Below are positions 61,156 through 64,000 of a stretch of DNA of 64,000 nucleotides, piece by piece; position 1 is the first letter of the stretch; each line of letters begins with the position of its first letter. The translations under genes and the position numbers were made by a program. Under the pieces are notes generated by a model. It was not told the DNA's origin and ran no database searches. It was given only the letters and a program-made list of their open reading frames with translations. The DNA comes from an uncultured candidate division Zixibacteria bacterium (GTDB taxonomy: Bacteria; Zixibacteria; MSB-5A5; GN15; FEB-12): positions 128,001 to 192,000 of the forward strand of contig CAWDXE010000001.1 in the NCBI GenBank assembly GCA_963806185.1. Direction: 5' to 3'.

Positions 61156-63399
61156 TCAGGATGCTACCGATACCGCTGCCGTAGGATCGGTGGAAAGCGG
61201 AGTGGTCGATATTGCCGGATCGTTGCGACGACGGCGGAACTGCCGCATGCTCAAGAGCCCGCCCGAGAACGTAATCAAGGCGCCGAGCCAGAACATGATG
61301 ATGAGCGGCTTCTTGGACAATTCCACTACCAGCGACGCCGCTCCCTGGGAACCCGGCGGCACAAAACTGCCCGCCACCTTTAGCAACACCCCGCCCTCTT
61401 CGGGACGAACTCCGGAGATGAATATCTGGCCCGCATTCGAATCAAATGACGCCATGACCGGCGTGATCTCGCTGTTCTTCACCCGGAGCACCGGCCGGAT
61501 CTCTTCGCTCTTGCCGTCATACGCGACCGTCACGATTGCGGCCGCCGTCATACCGTTGCTGTCGGCGGCGTCATGGCCGCCCATCTCGAAGCGTTGAAAC
61601 GTGAACTGATATTTGTCGAGTGACTTCGACTCACCCTTCTTGATCATCATTTCGCCCGGGTCGTTCCCCTGCGCCGGTTCGAATGATGCCGGCGAAAGGT
61701 ACAGATCGTAAGCCAGATGACTCTCCACGTGCGGCTTCTTCATCACGCCGTCCTGGTTCTTCGGGAACTCGTGCGCCAACACCGCCGTGTAACTCGAGTT
61801 GTCGTGGGAGACGACGACGTGACAGTCAAACCCCTTCGGCTTGGGCATCACCTGTGTGAAGTTCAGCGTGTACCCCATTACATTCACCGGTACGTTCTGT
61901 ATTAGCTTGATTGTCTCTTTCGTCTCAAACCCATTAGCCGTAGCCGCGCCGATCAGGGCAATCGAAAGACCCACGTGCGACAAATACCCTGGCTTCAACT
62001 GCTTGTCGCGCCACGACTGCAGGAAAACATACCCGTTCACTATCAGGGCCGACGATGCGAACGCGTACAACAGAAGGTACATGGGATTGTACGTGTACCC
62101 CGTCCCAATCATGGTGATGACCGTCGCCATCGCCACTCCGCCGCCGATCATCAGCAGCCTCGGCTTGGCCATCCCCTGATTCCAGCGATAGACGGGAAAC
62201 AACGTAATCAACAGTAGGATCGCTATGGCAATCGGCGTCATGGTCGCGAAATAATAGGGCAGACCGACATTCGACGGATTCGCCGAGAACCGCGTCAACA
62301 GCGGCGCCGACGTTCCCAGCAGCACCAGCACGCCGCCGACAAACAGGATCACCACACCCAGCGTCACCAGGTATGATCGTGAATTTACTTTGGAGAACGA
62401 CGGTTCCGGCCTGATTTCCCGCCACCGTACGGCCAGGAGGGTCGCCCCGAGTATGACAAACGTCGCCAAGCCCCCCACCAGGAAGTTGTTGATCCCCAGG
62501 TCGACGAACGAATGTACCGAAAAATCGGCCAGCACCCCCGAACGGGTCAGAAACGTCCCGTAGAGCACCGACCAGAAGGTCAGGCAGACCACAAACATCG
62601 AAAACCGCATCAGGCCGCGCCGCTGACGTTTGATAAACAGCGAGTGCACCTGCGCGGTCAGGAAGATCCACGGAATGAACGACGAATTTTCCACCGGATC
62701 CCATGCCCAGAAACCGCCCCAGCCGAGCGTCTCATACGCCCAGTAGCCGCCCATCACCAGCGATACACCCAGTGATGCCCAGGCAAACATCGTCCACCGC
62801 CGGGCCGCTTCCGACCAGGTCTGGAACTTGCGCTCCACCAGCGCCGTCATCGCGAAACAAAACGGGAACACCGCGCCGGAGAAACCGATGAACATGATCG
62901 GCGGATGAATCTGCATCCAGAAATTCTGCAACAGCGGATTGAGTCCCGCCCCGTCTTCGCGGAATACCGGCGACAACTCGAACGGCGATTTCTTGATGAG
63001 GATGAGCAAGAGCGATATCAGGAAGAGATTCAGAAAGAACATATTCCCTTTTTCGAACTCGCGCGCGGTTCGCATCATGATGATGCCGAGCACCGAGGTG
63101 AAAAAGAGCCAGAGCAGGAAGGTCCCTTCCTGTCCCCCCCAGAGACTGGAGATCAGGTACCCAAACGGCAGATCATTCGATGAATACGAATACACGTAGG
63201 CCACCGTGTAGTCGTGAGTGAGAATAAGGTACAGAAGCAATCCGAGCGCACCCACGACGAACGTGGCCGTCGCCAGGTAGAAGCCGCGGGCCAGCGTCTG
63301 AAATTGATCTCGCCCCCGCCACCACAAGAAGTACGACACCAACGACGCCAACGCCGAAAATGCCGCAGCTATGATGAAGTAGTCACCGTAATGAGACAT
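61156..63399 (-). CDS. ccmF: Cytochrome c biogenesis heme lyase CcmF
   Basis: LWGGQEG, GLNPLLQ, IHPP, WAYETLGWGGFWAWDPVEN, TFLTRSG, SVHSF. Confidence 0.95.
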   Translation of the reverse strand: MSHYGDYFIIAAAFSALASLVSYFLWWRGRDQFQTLARGFYLATATFVVGALGLLLYLILTHDYTVAYVYSYSSNDLPFGYLISSLWGGQEGTFLLWLFFTSVLGIIMMRTAREFEKGNMFFLNLFLISLLLILIKKSPFELSPVFREDGAGLNPLLQNFWMQIHPPIMFIGFSGAVFPFCFAMTALVERKFQTWSEAARRWTMFAWASLGVSLVMGGYWAYETLGWGGFWAWDPVENSSFIPWIFLTAQVHSLFIKRQRRGLMRFSMFVVCLTFWSVLYGTFLTRSGVLADFSVHSFVDLGINNFLVGGLATFVILGATLLAVRWREIRPEPSFSKVNSRSYLVTLGVVILFVGGVLVLLGTSAPLLTRFSANPSNVGLPYYFATMTPIAIAILLLITLFPVYRWNQGMAKPRLLMIGGGVAMATVITMIGTGYTYNPMYLLLYAFASSALIVNGYVFLQSWRDKQLKPGYLSHVGLSIALIGAATANGFETKETIKLIQNVPVNVMGYTLNFTQVMPKPKGFDCHVVVSHDNSSYTAVLAHEFPKNQDGVMKKPHVESHLAYDLYLSPASFEPAQGNDPGEMMIKKGESKSLDKYQFTFQRFEMGGHDAADSNGMTAAAIVTVAYDGKSEEIRPVLRVKNSEITPVMASFDSNAGQIFISGVRPEEGGVLLKVAGSFVPPGSQGAASLVVELSKKPLIIMFWLGALITFSGGLLSMRQFRRRRNDPAISTTPLSTDPTAAVSVAS

Positions 63400-63422
63400 G
63401 CGATCAACTCCGTGTCAGGGGT

Positions 63423-64000
63423 TTATGACAGCTTGACACTGTCTTCAGACTGGCCGATTTGCTTCGGCGCGCGTTTCGCCCGCTTCTCCTGTTCGGCAAC
63501 CGTTGCCGTGCCCCCGGAAATATCTACGAGCTTCGCCAGGACGGCGTCGACGAGGAAGTCAGGCGTCGACGCACCGGCCGACACGCCGACAGAACGAATC
63601 TGCTGATCCGCCGCAAACCACTCGCGCCGGATATCCAGCGCCGATCCGATCAACTGCGCCTTCCCGCAGATCGACTTCGCGATCTTTGTCAGACGCTGCG
63701 AGTTGGCCGACGATTGCGAGCCGACCACCAGCACCATATCCACCTGCGGCGCCAAATCCATAATGGCTGTCTGCCGTTTGTTGGTGGCATTACAAATCGT
63801 ATCAAACACCTCTATATGCGGCCACCGCTTCGCCGCCTCCTGGCGGCAGGTGATAAATTCTTCGAGCGACGACGTCGTCTGCACCGTCAACGCCAGCTTG
63901 CGCTCTTTCCAGTCCGGCAGTGCCCACATATCTTCGATCTTCTTGAGTACCGTTATCCGCTCCGGCGCATGACCAACCACCCCGGCTGTCTCATCATGAT
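63423..64000 (-). CDS. ispH: 4-hydroxy-3-methylbut-2-enyl diphosphate reductase (5' part outside window)
   Basis: QTT, DTICNATNKRQ, VVGSQSSANSQRL, GVSAGASTP. Confidence 0.93.
   Translation of the reverse strand, partial: HDETAGVVGHAPERITVLKKIEDMWALPDWKERKLALTVQTTSSLEEFITCRQEAAKRWPHIEVFDTICNATNKRQTAIMDLAPQVDMVLVVGSQSSANSQRLTKIAKSICGKAQLIGSALDIRREWFAADQQIRSVGVSAGASTPDFLVDAVLAKLVDISGGTATVAEQEKRAKRAPKQIGQSEDSVKLS

Overview
A GC-rich bacterial chromosomal window, mostly housekeeping and cell-envelope genes of a diderm organism. They include nfo, ychF, lon, nnr, priA, ndh, pth, rpsF-rpsR-rplI, queG, a PpiD-like PPIase, ETF-quinone oxidoreductase, ccmF, partial ispH, OmpA and beta-barrel proteins, two M23 peptidases and several TPR proteins. 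The Cys-rich dockerin-like tail on an M6 protease suggests a Zixibacteria-like lineage (inference). About a dozen genes, including priA, ndh and queG, are broken by 1-bp indels, most likely from an under-polished assembly. I found no CRISPR array, rRNA, tRNA, integrase or transposase. Highlights beyond standard annotation: (i) an orphan gene bracketed by two 130-bp composite palindromic direct repeats, in a zone stacked with several REP-like families, three of which start in the TAG stop codon of consecutive genes; (ii) seven sigma-28-like promoters (N15 spacer, CCGATA-type -10) before a sensorless kinase-cheV pair, lon, an uncalled 46-aa protein, a DUF4175-like gene and others; (iii) two tandem type IVa pilins, each with its own sigma-54 promoter, near a DUF2723/TMEM260-like glycosyltransferase; (iv) a structured, possibly 6S-like RNA upstream of an ArsC/Spx gene; (v) a lone AT-richer gene with a HEPN-type RxxxxH motif.
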